Origin: Chrysemys picta bellii
Lineage: Eukaryota
Reading direction: 5' to 3'
Assembly: GCF_011386835.1 (NCBI RefSeq)
Contig: NC_088794.1
Location: forward strand, 57,722,001-57,786,000
DNA: 64,000 nt
The stretch's first letter is position 1, and each line of letters begins with the position of its first letter. The notes below the pieces were generated by a model. It saw nothing but the letters and a program-made list of their open reading frames with translations, was not told where the DNA came from and did no database searches. A program made the position numbers and the translations under genes. Positions 1 through 13,080 of this stretch are shown one piece after another.

Positions 1-251
1 ACAGCCACCACTCTCCAGCTGCCCAGATCTGAAGGCAATGCAGAAGTACTGCGGACCCCCCCAATAACCTTGTGACCCCCCCCTGCAACTCCCTTTTGGG
101 TCAGGACCCCCAATTTGAGGAACACTGGTCCCCCCTGTGAAATCTGTATAGTATAGGGTAAAAGCACACAAAAGACCAGACCTCACGGGGGGAGACCAGA
201 TTTCACAGTCCGTGATGCGCTTTTCATGGCCGTGAATTTGGTAGGGCCCTA
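1..251. mobile_element. Right end of a non-autonomous hAT-like DNA transposon, cut by the window start
   Basis: Ends in GTGAATTTGGTAGGGCCCTA, a recalled turtle hAT terminal repeat; Charlie-like TTGAGGAACACTG end near 127. Confidence 0.65.
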
Positions 252-1419
252 CCTATGAAGCTTAACAGCCCAGCTTACACCTTGATCTACCTTGCCAGGT
301 GTGAGCTACTTTTCATCAGGTTGAACTGCAGTCAGTTATGCTTATTCATGCAACAGAACTGAAATGTTTTCACATTTCACAAGGGCTAAAAGCTGTCTCA
401 TGCTCCCTGCTCTATCAGGCAGACGAGCTCCCAGCACCTGCCCAAGGCTCTGTCCTCCTTGACCTGAGAAGCAGGTAAGTGTGGTATTGTTCTCTCCCCC
501 CCCCCCTCCCCCGCAATGAAACCAGCTGCACTGGCTCTGTGGGTTTTTTGCTTCTGAACCTGTGTATGATGGCATCAGTGGAATCCCGCTGAGGCTGTGT
601 TCTAGGGGTGCCAAGGAGAATACTAATGTACTGCTGCAGCTTTGCAGTGGTACAGACTCAGAGCTACTCTGTGCATGGTGGGGGAAGGACAGAGCCAGGG
701 AAGACTGGGGGCTGGAGGGAAGGGAATGAGGCACTGGGAGGACTGAATTTGGGGTGGTTGGGGGGGGTGGATATAGGTGCAAATGGGATCCAATTAGACA
801 TGATTTAAATCCCTCTGGATTGCACTCAGTGCATAGAGCTTTTGTGTCTATTGCTAATTTTTGAGGTCACTTGCACAAGCTGCTCTGGTGCTTTCCCTGG
901 TGCTGGCTAGGGCCTGTTTGCTCCTGGCACATTAGTCCTTCTGTGGATGAGGTTAGCTGTACCCTTCCCAGGGCAGAATTGCCACATGCTACACAGCGCC
1001 TTTCCGTAAATACAAGATTACTCCCAAGGGGTATGATGTACTCCATTAAGTCCGTGCTGTCTGTCTGCAGGATACCAGTGAATCAAGCTACTCTGACAAT
1101 CTGGGAAGGAAATGTGTTCTGGGATGCATTTCTGGCGTCTCTCGAGTGAGCCAGAAATTAGAGATGGAGACGACCACTTAGCTCTCCTGCCAGCAATAAG
1201 ATTTTTCCCTCTAGGATCAGTACACTTTGGGGTTTCCTCCTTTCATCCCTGGAGGCTGTCACAATTTAGCCAATAGATTTCCTTATCAAAGCTTTTCTTA
1301 AGAGTCATTCTGAATTTCTTTCTGACATAGATTTGCTGGGATTAAATTATCACCCATAAATCCTCCCCCACTCGTCAGTTACTTGGAGATGGTTCTATCT
1401 CCACCATGTCACTTCCATA

Positions 1420-1590
1420 GGCTATGTCTACAGTGGACAGTTAACCCAGGTTATTGGCCTCCAGTCTGAGGAGTTGGGTTAGCCTAGCCCAGATGTGAGC
1501 ATCCTCACTGCAAAGACCTATCTGTCCACTGTTTGCACACTTGCCGGTGTGTGACTTGGAGCATATCCCATGGTTCTTTGTGCTGAGATG
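1420..1590. mobile_element. PIF/Harbinger-type MITE fragment
   Basis: Starts GGCTATGTCTACA, the terminus type seen at 15265 and 16702; other end not found. Confidence 0.5.
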
Positions 1591-1599
1591 CTCTAGGAT

Positions 1600-2200
1600 T
1601 CTTTCCTAGTCAGTTGTGTCAATTGCGAGAGAACTTGTCTGTCCTTCTGGGGGAATTGTGGGAAGCCATTTCTTTCTGATCTTCCTGCAGTTTGTTTGTT
1701 TGTCTGCTGACAAGGCGCCCAAGCCTGGATGCAGTATTCCAGGTGCTCTTCCATGAGAGACGCAGAGAGAGGAGTTGTCACCTCCCCGGTTCTGTACTGA
1801 GATGCTTCCATATGCACAGCCAGGAGTTAGTGGCCTTTCTTCTAATTGCTGTCTGCTGTAAGTTGCTCTCAGCATTACTACTTTCTAGGTTATTCCCACT
1901 ACTGCACAGCTGTATTTTTTGTATAATTTTTCTGTAAGTATTAACAGCACTCTTCCAAATTGAATCTCATTCTGTTACCTTCCGTATTTCTGATATTGCT
2001 AGAACCCTTTATATTTCTGCCAGCCCTGGTATTCACTGCTCCTGCTGGTGTGTAGTATTGTCCATACATTTCATTAGCATACTCTTTACCTCCTTTCCAA
2101 ATCTGTAATGAAGAACTGAAATTGGACCGGCCCTTGCTGTGTTCCCCATAGTAACCTACTGTAGGTTCCCCCAGGGGGCTGAGCAGATCCTTCTGTGCAT
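1600..2200 (-). mobile_element. Old, degraded CR1 LINE ORF2 fragment; ends approximate
   Basis: Minus-strand frames give EHLEYCIQAWAP and EGNRMRFNLEEC, degenerate versions of CR1 [11 protein letters not shown] and NxMRFNxDKC. Confidence 0.7.
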
Positions 2201-5029
2201 CTTTGCTATGTTTGGGCTGAGGTGAGGGGTGATTACTTTTATCAAGTCCTATCAAGAGGCCCTGAGCTCTTCCTGATGGGATTCTTCCAAGGGGAATTCT
2301 ACTTGTTTCCCTCCAGTGATAAGAGGAGAAAGTGATCTGATGCTTTGGATTCACCAACATAGATTTTGAAATAATTCTATGTAAGTTTAGGGGAGGAGGA
2401 CCATAGCTGATGTGGAGAACCTGAAGGGGGCCCATTCTTGCACACCAAGATGATGGCGACTTTTGGGATCCACTTGAATGAAACATGCATCCTTTCTGCT
2501 TTGTCCTTTGGACTGACATTCCAGGGATCCAGTCCATTCGTTCTCCATATATTCGCTGCTGTGGCCATTGGAAATAGGCTGAATTTCCAACTTTGACACT
2601 TCAGCCACTAGAAGGGTGATTAAAATCCTCCCTGTATTCCCTGTCCTCCTTTGCAGCTGCACTGTCAGGAGTCTCAAGAGTCTCATTATAAAAATGGCAG
2701 TTCTAGGTGATTAGGGATCACAGATCATGCAGGTACAACCCTTTTTGAATAGTGCAAGTTTCCCTGTCTGCTCCATCATGATTACTGTTATCAAGTCCTG
2801 TCAAGAGGCCCTGAGGCTCTTCCTGACGGGAACCTGGTTCTGGTACAAGCAGTGCCCGTTCTCAAATATAGGAGATCTAGTGGTGATAGTTTTTTAAAAC
2901 TCTTCCTGAAATGGACGGTTGTTTTGCAGTATGGAACAGGCTATAACAATACTTTCTTTGGGATCCTGACAATTCTTTCCACAGTTGGATTCCAGCTTGG
3001 ACAGTGTTTACATCCATTTGTTCCCAATTGCTAAGGTTTCTCAATCTTGCTATGGGAATCTGCTCTCCGGGGCCAGGTTTGAGCTGACTGTTGGAGATAA
3101 ACATTTGACATTTTTAGCAGTGCATTGTCTATTCATCTGTTTTACATACAGAGGATCCTGTTTTCAATGGCTACCCAGTGGAGTGGCAAATCAGTTGCTT
3201 AATGGAAGGGACTTAATAAAGGGGGAACAGAATTGTGCAAATAGAACTATGCTTAGTATGGTTGCCTGGTTTTCAGAACAGGATGTTGTCTAATATAGAA
3301 GGCCCCTTTCTTGTATGGGTTTCAGTGCGTTTATAATATATTTATATGGTCTCCAGTGCATGAGATGTTACATTTTGTGATAAAGTTCTTGAATTTCCCA
3401 TTAAGCTCTCTGATCAGTTGAGCATTCATAGGTGTTTTGTAATGGAGAGAATCAAACCCTAATACAAAATGTGCTCCAAACTGAGGGGGCAACCATATGT
3501 AAGTAGGACACTGAAAAGGTACTCACCTCATTTGAGACCAGCAGTGGACTAGAACTTAGCAGGTTTGAACAATGCCACCGGTGTAGACTTAATGGCTTTA
3601 TCAGTCCATAAGCCATAAAGCTAAGCAGGCCTTTATGAAAGTTTACTTATGCTCCGACCGTATTCATTTAATTGTCATTAAAAATGTCCCTTTTTCCGAA
3701 GGCTAAATGTAGCTCAATGTTCTCCACCCAAGCTCAAAAACAGTTGTTGACCTGGACTCCATGGGACGCTGGCAACGTGGCAGCAGAAGTTAGGCAGAAT
3801 GTGGAGGCTCCAGACAGAGAGGTGGTTCTCGGCCTTGCAGAATGGATAGAGTGAATTCTGAGCAGCAGTCTTGGCAAATTTGTTCTTGAAATCGAGGCTG
3901 CCTCTGCACTAGGAAAATAGCTTCTGCTGCACCTGGAGTCTTGAGGGATTTGTGCCTTTGAGAAGGCACGACACGGATGTTGCTGCTATTCATGCCGCTC
4001 GTGGGGCTACCCAGCTGCCCTGTCACATCGGGCCAGTTGAACTGTGAATTTTAATTACACTGTCTGATCAATACTGTGACCTTGGTAACGGGCTCGTTGC
4101 TGCTGTAGAATCTGTTTACTTCAGGTTTGTAGCAGAGAAAGGACTTCACTGGCCAGGGACATGATGTTCTGATTAGTCAAACAGGCAGCATTGTAATGCA
4201 GGGTGGGAAGCCTGCTGCTGCAGGGGAAGTGCGTATTGCCTCAGTGCTGCCTACTGTTATCCTTGAGAGAACCATCAGATCCCAGTGCTATCCTGGCTCT
4301 CACAAGGGAGTGGTTTAGTTCATAAATACCAGAGTGAGGCAGCAGGGGCCTGTACCAATGGGGGATCTGTCTCTTTTCAGGCTTCTCGGGGTGGGGGAGG
4401 TGGCTGGAGCCTGCCTAAGAGCAGCCTGGAGGCAGTTCCCTTTGCTCCCTCTTGCAAAGATTCTCTTTGCGTTCCTTTCATTGAGGGACTTGGACCTTGG
4501 TGCTGTGGAAACTCTGCCACTTGACCCTGATGTTTTCAGGAGTTCTCCCCCTCCCTGCCCTTCATCAAAAGTCAGGATCAGAATATTACACATTCTTTTC
4601 TGGTACCACAGGGAGAAGATTAATTCCAACCTGGGCATGTTTGGAATGAGAGCATTTTGCCAATTCCTATTGCACTTGGATCAAGAGACTGTATGCATAT
4701 AATGTGGCCGCAATCTTCCCGTGTAAAACAACCTATTCGCCAATAATCTCCTAGATGCAGTTCCATGGGCTATTGTATTTCATCCTGTCATCAGGTGGAG
4801 GCAAGATAAAGATTGACTCCTGATGACCCCTCTTACTTAACTGACAGGAAACCGGGCTGATTCATTCCTCAGCTGGTGGAGGAATTGCAGTGCAAGGCTG
4901 GTGGTTCTTCGAGTATATGTCCCTATGGGTGCTCCCTTGTAGCATGTACGTGCGCCTGTGTGCTCTTGACTGGAGAATACAAAGCAATGGCCGTGGGCCT
5001 CCCCTGAGCAGCACTTTGTGCTCCCAAAT

Positions 5030-5795
5030 GAATCATAGAATCATAGAATATTCGGGTTGGAAGAGACCTCAGGAAGTCATCTAGTCCAACCCCCTGCTCA
5101 AAGCAGGACCAACACCAACTAAATCATCCCAGCCAAGGCTTTGTCAAGCCGGGCCTTAAAAACCTCTAAAGATGGAGATTCCACCACCTCCCTAGGTAAC
5201 CCATTCCAGTGTTTCACCACCATCCTAGTGAAATAGTGTTTCCTAATATCCAGCCTAGACCTCCCCCACTGCAACTTGAGACCATTGCTCCTTGTTCTCT
5301 CATCTGCCACCACTGAGAACAGTCTAGCTCCATCCTCTTTGTAACCCCCCTTCAGATAGTTGAAAGCTGCTATCAAATCCTCCCTTACTCTTTTCTTCTA
5401 CAGACTAAATAACCCCAGTTCCCTCAGCCTCTCCTCGTAAGTCATGTGCCTCAGCCCCCTAATAATTTTCGTTGCCCTCCGCTGGACTCTCTCCAATTTG
5501 TCCACATCCTTTCTGTAGTGTGGGGACCAAAACTGGACACAATATTCCAGGTGTGGCCTCACCAGTGTTGAATAGAGGGGAATAAACATTCCCTCAATCT
5601 GCTGGCAATGCTCCTACTTATACAGCCCAATATGCTGTTGGCCTTCTTGGCAACAAGGGCACACTGCTGACTCATATCCAGCTTCTCCTCCACTGTAATC
5701 CCCAGGTCCTTTTCTGCAGAACTGCTGCTTAACCAGTCGGTCCCCAGCCTGTAGCGGTGCATGGGATTCTTTCTTCCTAAGTGCAGGACTCTGCA
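5030..5795 (-). mobile_element. Young CR1 LINE, 5'-truncated
   Basis: ORF2 C-terminus ([27 protein letters not shown]) and (ATTCTATG)n tail on the minus strand. Confidence 0.95.
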
Positions 5796-7589
5796 TATAA
5801 GCAAGCATGGACCCACCACCACTCGGGTCCTTCTCAATTGCCTGAGTAAGTGGTTTATTTAGATCACTTAGGTCAGCTGCAGCAAGGAGCTTTGTTGCTG
5901 AAATTCTGTCTGTGTGTGGTATCCCACTGACCTAAACAGGTACAAGAGCTGGTTCTGGGGCATGAGAGTAACAAAACCAGAGGCGATTTGATCTGCTGAA
6001 TTAAGTTAGTAAAGATGCTGATTTGTTCCTGTAAAGTGTGGTTGCTGCCTTAGGAGATGGAAGATCTATTCTTCATCCCATAGACAGCAGTGAATGGTGG
6101 GGAAACCTGCACATTGGATCCCAATGATGGACCTCGCTAGAGACTCTAGCCCTCCTGATAGTGAGGAATAGCTGAATGAAGGGTGAGTCTTGTGTTTCAG
6201 AGAGAGGGTGTTTACCACAGAGTGGCCATGGGTTGCAGTCTGTCTGGGATAGTCTTGTTGCCAGTCAGGCGCATGCTCCTGGAGTTAAATGTAATTTTTC
6301 GGTCCCAATGAGTTGCACACAGATTGCACTGGATGTCAATGAGACCTCAGCACTAGAACATACCTTCACCTTTGCCTGAACTCTGCATTGATGGTCTGCC
6401 AGCCAAGATGCAGTTTCAGCTCTCTCGCCAGAGCAGTGCTCAAATGGTTAGGCCTGGCTAGACTTTTATCTTTGTGTAACACACATATTAAGGTTATGCT
6501 GCTCATTCTGATGCTGACAGGCTGCTGTGGAAGAGCCGCTTGCTTCTAAACTGGCACTTTGCTTGTCTTTCTTTATCTTTCTGCTGGTACCAATCACAGC
6601 GGATTGGCCCAAAATCACGTCAGTTGTATGTTTTTTGTCTTGGTCCCGTTTCAGGCTGTTGATATTGCAGAGCTTTGTTCTTCATTTTTTCATTTGTTTT
6701 ACAGTTTTCCTGAGATAGGAAAAAGTACAAGGATATCATAATGCTCAATGTCCTTTACATCCTATAGGCTAAATAGTCATAGGAGGGCCATTGAAGTCTG
6801 CTTGGTATTGAAGCTCATACAGCTTTTTGTTCTGTTTGTATACCCCAGGTCCCGTAGGGTCCTGGTCCATGCCCTTATCGCAATACATCTAAGGCCCAAA
6901 AGGTTACGGTAAATAACTTGTACTTGTGTCTACCCTGTAAGACTCTATGAAGAACTGGAGAACTAATAAGCTTATAACATGGATACCAGGGAAATGAAGT
7001 CCCATTACTTGGGAAAGGAAGTGACTTAATCGCACTGTTTAAAACTTTTTTTTCTTTTTGGTTCTACCTATATAACTCAAACACCGAACCCAGCTGGGAG
7101 AAAAGTTATTTTGTTAAAGATTCAGCACCTCTCCTCCCTTCATCTAACTTTCTAGCCCATCTCTGGGTCTTCAAAAGAGAGAGCAGATCCAGGGAGACCC
7201 AGACTTGATATGCTTGAAATCTCTAGAGAGTAATAACAAATAATCAAGTGGGAAAGATCTCTTTACAAATTCAAGGTGGTTTTTCAGCCTCATAACCCAA
7301 AAGGGCCCAGATGCTCGTATTTTTTTTCCTTTGCACGTCACCTTTAAACACATTCCCTGCTCAGGTGCTGATCAGCATTATATTGCAGGTACCTTCCATG
7401 CTGCTGTCACCATTCAGCCTGAATAAGAAATATAGCAGGTTTGGCAGCCTGAAGTAAATGATCCCCAAACAGTTATAAATTAAATACTTAAAATTGCATT
7501 AATGCAACACTGATAAGACTTTACTGCCTCAAGGTAAAGATTCAATGATTATTGCAACAGCAAACTCAGCCCAACCCCCTGGGGTAATT

Positions 7590-7870
7590 GCAGGGCTCTG
7601 TATTGAACCCCGGGGTCTTGGAGTCAGGAGACCTGACTGCTGCTCACCAGCAGTGTGACTTTGGGCTCTCCTAGCTAGGGTGACCAGACAGCAAGTATGA
7701 AAAATCAGAACAGAGGGTGGGGGGGTAATAGGCGCCTATATAACACACAGCCCCATGTATCAGGACTGTCCCTATTAAATCGGGACATCTGGTCACCCTA
7801 CTCCTAGCTTAACCTTGTGTTAACTCAGTTTGCCCACTTGTGAAGAGTGGACTGATGCAGTTGTATGCAT
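7590..7870 (+). mobile_element. MIR/CORE-like SINE interrupted by a hAT MITE; ends approximate
   Basis: GGAGTCAGGAGACCTG...TGTGACTTTGGG...[insert]...TTAACC...CTCAGTTTGCCCACTTGTGAA. Confidence 0.55.
7676..7800. mobile_element. hAT MITE, 125 bp
   Basis: TIR TAGGGTGACCAGA/TCTGGTCACCCTA; perfect 8-bp TSD CTCCTAGC. Confidence 0.93.
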
Positions 7871-8345
7871 GTGTGCAGTGTTGTGTAAATGCTTTGGGGG
7901 AAACTAACGCTGTGGTTGGAGAGCAAGTGTGAAATCTTCAGTTCAAAAGGCAGCTTTTATAAAAAGCTCTTAGCCCCTGACAGCTGGAGCTTAATGACAG
8001 CACTTTCCTGGACCTCTCTAACAAGGGAGTTGGTACTGCAGTACGACACTGATGTAAGAACTGAGTAAAAGTCCCAATTCGACAGTCCTTCTGGCTGTGT
8101 GTGTAATATCCAAGTACCACTATTTATTTAAAGTCACTTCGCTTTTAGTATTTGGCATAATGGGTAACAGTTCCAAAAGTGACTGTGTAAAGGAGCTTCG
8201 GGATACTGAGCTCTCCTCACCCACTGACTTTGGTGGGTGGTGGTTTCTGTTTCTGAAAAACAGACCCTTTATTTCAGGTTGGGCTCTTCCAAAGATCCAG
8301 AGGGAGGTAAGTGCCCAACTCGCAAAATTTACACTTCACTCTCTT

Positions 8346-8540
8346 GGGTCTTGTTGACATTCAAAATTGCACTGGTTTAACTTTAAATTGGTTTAAAAAC
8401 GGATTTAGTTAGAAGTGGATGCTCTATAGGCTGAGTTTAAATCAGCTTAGGAGTTGGCCTACACTGTTGCACTCATTTAATTGAATTGCTTTAAACTCTC
8501 ACCTGCAGTTGCAGCTTGTCTTTGAATATAGGCGAGGTCT
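8346..8540. mobile_element. Old Harbinger-like MITE remnant
   Basis: Degenerate termini and a semi-palindromic interior (GGTTTAAA...TTTAAATC). Confidence 0.35.
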
Positions 8541-10007
8541 CAGTCTCCTTTCACAATCCCAGCCTGGGCGTTTAACCTTCAGGCACACTTTTAAAAATTG
8601 ATCCCTATATGTATAATCTGTGCAATCTCCAGCTCTAAAATCCTTCCCAGAGTCCAAGGGCTGTATACTTTATCTCTCCTTTTGATGGCAAAACTTTGCC
8701 TATGCTCCTTGAGGAACGAGTTACTTTGACCCTGAGTTTTTTATAAAGCAGTAATTGTTATTGTTCTCAGTTACTATTTAACCATTAGACCCTTAAGATC
8801 ACATTTATTTTATTTAATGTTGTGTTCCATTTATTATTCTCTTAACCACCTCTTCACATGTATCATTATATGACAATTAAAAACCAGAAGCCGTTTTTCA
8901 CCCCATTAACCTTTGTAACTTGCCTGCTTCTTTCAAGAGCGTCTTAATCTCTGTTGGGCTTCAGATTCTTGTGAAAGCCTTTAACCCTCGTCTTGAAACA
9001 GATGGAGATTTCTCTTTAATGCTCACTGGCACAGAAGCCCTTCCTTTCAGTGAGGAACCCAGACAGATTTTAGGGTTTTATTTGCATTATCAGGAGTTTA
9101 GTACCCTTTAGTTCCTGGTTGGATGTGGCATAGGATTCCCAAACTAGAGTCTGGCAGCTGGCCATGATTCCTGCTCCATAACCAATGCCATGTGTGCTAC
9201 AGAAAGTAAGTAGGTCTCTGAGCAGCTTTTAGCTGCAGTGACACAAAATCATAGCAAAGAGGCCTTCATGTTAAACACCGAGACCTACCAGTGTCTGAAA
9301 TGGCAAGTGTGCCTTCGAATTAGCACTACTAGGAGTGGAGCAGTAGAAGGCCCCAGATTGCAAAACTGCTAGGCAGTCATCCTAGCTTTGGCTGTGATTT
9401 GTCTGAGCAGGGCATTCTCAGATACTTTTAAGGACTATTCAGATGATCCCTTCAGGAGGTTGTGGGAAAACAGAATTGGGTAACCCCAGCTCCACAACTA
9501 GGGCAGAGTGGGCCTAAGGACACTGGCGAGCAGCTCAGTCTTTTCGGGGGGAGAGCAGATATGGCTAAGTGCTAACGGTCAGGAATGCTGCCCTGGCACA
9601 GCACAAGCAATATTTCATGTACTTGTCCCTTAACTAAACCAGCTTTGTGGTAGTTGGATGGAAGTGTCATCCATTCAGGGCTCCCACTGATACTGACAAA
9701 GGAGGGTCAGCTGCAGTTCCTGTTTCCAGTGCCAGCAGTTAGCCCGGAAGAGTCTGGAGTAGGAAACGTACTAAAGATCTGTGCCATAATGGGTTGCTGT
9801 TGAGGCTTCTCAGGGTGCTCCGGCCACGTGAAGCTACCAGCCCCTTCCATTCAGAGAAGAGCAACTCTGAGGACTCTGTGACAAATTATAGTTCCCTGTT
9901 TTCAGGATTGGGGAAGAGAGCAGCTGATACATTTTTATTGGTTTAACCTAGCAATAGATACTTCACATCTGACCCTACTTGGATGGTATTTAATGAACTG
10001 CTTTCTG

Positions 10008-10031
10008 GAGAGAGAGAGAGAGAGAGAGAGA
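10008..10031 (+). repeat. (GA)12 microsatellite
   Basis: Read directly from the sequence. Confidence 0.95.
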
Positions 10032-10351
10032 CAGTCCCTGTTAGGACATGCCATGGGCAGGAATTACCTGGAGGACTGGACTCACCTGGACAAGATGGAT
10101 CAGTGGTAGGAGTGGGTCGTGAACATTACCTCAGTAGAAAAGTACAGTAGGTGACTATGCACAGAGTGCCTGACGCATAGTATTTTAACTGGACTCTCAT
10201 TCGAAGTGGAGTTAGGATGATCTCAGATCTACATCCTGAGAATTGGTTACTCTGGTATGCGTAACGGTGTCGTTGGAGGATGGGAGATGGCCACGAATTA
10301 ACCTGCTAGTCCGCTCCTGTTCTTGACCTAGAAAAAGAAGCTGCATAGCAG

Positions 10352-10474
10352 TAGGGTGACCAGACAGCAAGTGTGAAAAATCGGGACGGGGTGGGGGGGT
10401 AATAGGAGCCTATGTAAGAAAAAGACCCAAAAATCTGGACTGTCCCTATAAAATCGGGACATCTGGTCACCCTA
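10352..10474. mobile_element. hAT MITE, 123 bp, same family as 7676-7800
   Basis: Same TIRs; perfect 8-bp TSD CATAGCAG. Confidence 0.93.
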
Positions 10475-12871
10475 CATAGCAGCCAAATTTCTGCCTGTCT
10501 GGGGATTCACCAGGCACTTGTATGCCTGAAATGAATAGTAACATTCCTCCTTCCCTTCTTCCTTGTGGCTAGAGTTAATAAACATGATGATTTTCTTCCG
10601 AAAATACGTGAATTCAAACAATCACCGTTTAAAAGCTTCTGAACTCACAAGCACAGTGAGAGCCTGCTGCTTACGAGAAAACAATTCCAACCTCCCAGGA
10701 GGAAATCGTGCCATGGAAATAATCTTTCTGTAGAATAATTAATCACTGACGGTAGTAGTAGCATTTCAAGACAGTTTTCCAGGCCTGTTAGAATCAGTAA
10801 CTGTAAATACGAGTTACAGAATCAATCTGCAATTTTCTAAGTTTGCTGCTGGGCTTTGTGCCATAAAGAGGATGGATGCAGGTTGATACTGAGCTTTTTA
10901 TTCTGATAAAGTTTACAATCCTAGTTTCGGAATGAAAAAATAACACGTAAAAGAACAGGTAGTCTCTCTGCATCATGGATGTGGCCTGCTGAGCAAAGTG
11001 TGCAGCCAACAGTCTCCAGATCCACTGAGCTATTGTTAGGGCGAGCAGATTAAGTCAAGGAACACAGTGCTCACAATTGTGTCCTGATCTCTTTGTTGTT
11101 GGGTTTCTGCAGCCTCCAGAGGCAAGGTCCCAGGATCTCTGATCCTGGGGCAGCAGTTACATTGTTCTCTCAAGCAAGTGGAGAAGATGCCTAATTCCCT
11201 GGCAATGCCAGAGTCCTGGAAGGACATGCAGACCCATTTTCTCCTGGGTGGCGATGTCAATCTGATGCTGTATGTTGTAAGGCTTTGTGTGTACTCTTGG
11301 TGTGATTAGTCTGACAAGTGATTATAGAGGAAGCTTTTGAGATTCCACGTTTGTGTCTTGATGGCATTTTCTCAGCTGACGAATAGAAAAAACACCCTTT
11401 TTTTAATCTCCCAGCCACACTAAAGCAGCCTGGGATATGACAGACTAGCAGGGTTCTTTCTGGTTAGCATGTTATCACCAGTAATAAACCTACTGACAGC
11501 CAAATTTATCCCATAGGCATTGGCTTGACCAGGAAAATACACTTTTTATCACATGGTAACATCCTAATGTAGCCAAAGCAGTATTTAGTTTTCCTGTGTT
11601 AGCAGGTCGAGGTTTGTCCTCGGGCCTCTGTGGAGTTTACCTCAGCCAGCCAACAGATGTGAAAACTAAAAACCCTTGTCCAAACACTGAATTCCCCTCT
11701 TGCTAAATTGTCATTGGACATTTGCCGGATATTTTCTCCCATTCCAGTTATTGAAATTGCTGTAGACGCACTTTCCCACAGTATGGAACTCACTCAGACT
11801 TGCTAGATACTAGTAATTGAGAGTACTTACCCCCTCCCCCTCCTTCGCAATTGGTGCTTTGGGATCGGTTTGTATTTTCCCTTAAACTCCAGTTCATTCT
11901 GGGAGAATGGGCACTGGGGCTGGTTTCTGGGTGCATTTATAAGAACCATATGTATAAAATTAGATCTGTACAGAAGTTACATGCAGCAGCTCAAATGTAG
12001 CCCATTGTTCCAGGAAAGGTGATTTAATTGCCTAAATGCATTCATAATCTCAGAGAACTGTAGGACCCCTAGTATGTATCAGGGACAAAATCCAGATGGC
12101 TTTTCATCCCATGAAGGGTGACTATGTTGCTGGAAGAATTGGGGGTGTAGGTCTGATGAGTTGCTGGTTGATTTGAGCAGTCAGGTAAAACTGCCAAAGA
12201 AACTTACCAGCCAAGGTACAGAACCTACTTGCCTGCCTTTTGCCATGCTCATGAAAAACTAAGGACATTTTACTCATCTGTCTGATCAAGATTTGCCATG
12301 AATGAATACAGCACTGGATTAGGCTGTGGCAGTGCAGAAGCAGTTAACATTGTAGTAAGACTGTAGTGTGCCATTGAGTTTGGTCTGTAACACAGCTGCA
12401 CAATGACCAAGAATGGAAGTATCTAATAGCATAGCTGACCTGCGTTTCCAGCATTAGTTTCAAATGGCTAGGTGAGAACGGGGGTCATTTTGACCTTTCA
12501 GTCTTAAGACACAGCACTGTATCTGCAGAGGTCAGAATGTCTTTGACTTCTGTCCTTCTGCCATAGACCGAGCAAAATTAAATACCGTTTGCATTGTTGC
12601 ACTTAGAAATACCTGGAAAGCATTGGAACTGCTTGAAATACAGTGGAACTGCACTACGTCTCACTGATTGCGAGGAATTGTACCTTTCAGCTATTGACAC
12701 GTGTAATTAAAACTAAGGCCCCAATCCTGCACTTGAGGTGTGCCTATGCTCGTCGGGGCCTATAAACGTTGTTCAATGCTTCATACTAGACCTCTAAATA
12801 TACTGTGGCAGATTTAAACATTGACAGATGTGAATCTTTCTTTTTAGCAGTACCCCCCCTGAAAGAACTGA

Positions 12872-13080
12872 GCTTGGTGTGGTCCAGTGGATCGATCACT
12901 GGAGTGGACTTGGGTTCTAATCCTGACTCTGCCACTGTCTTGCTGGGTGGCCTTGGGCAAGTTGCTTCCCCTCTCAGTGCCTCAGTTTCTCCATTTGTAA
13001 AAAGAAGGCCATGCTGACCTTCCTCTGTAAAGTGCTTTGAGCTGTATTCATAGAAAGCTCTGTGTAAGAGCTAAGTATTG
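12872..13080 (+). mobile_element. MIR/CORE-like SINE
   Basis: GGGTTCTAATCCTGACTCTGCCACT...CCTTGGGCAAGT...GTGCCTCAGTTTCTCCATTTGTAAAA core. Confidence 0.8.

Noticed and set aside
4158-4178. C/D-box snoRNA-like ATGATG...CTGA
   Set aside because: The boxes are only 2 nt apart, leaving no room for a guide sequence.
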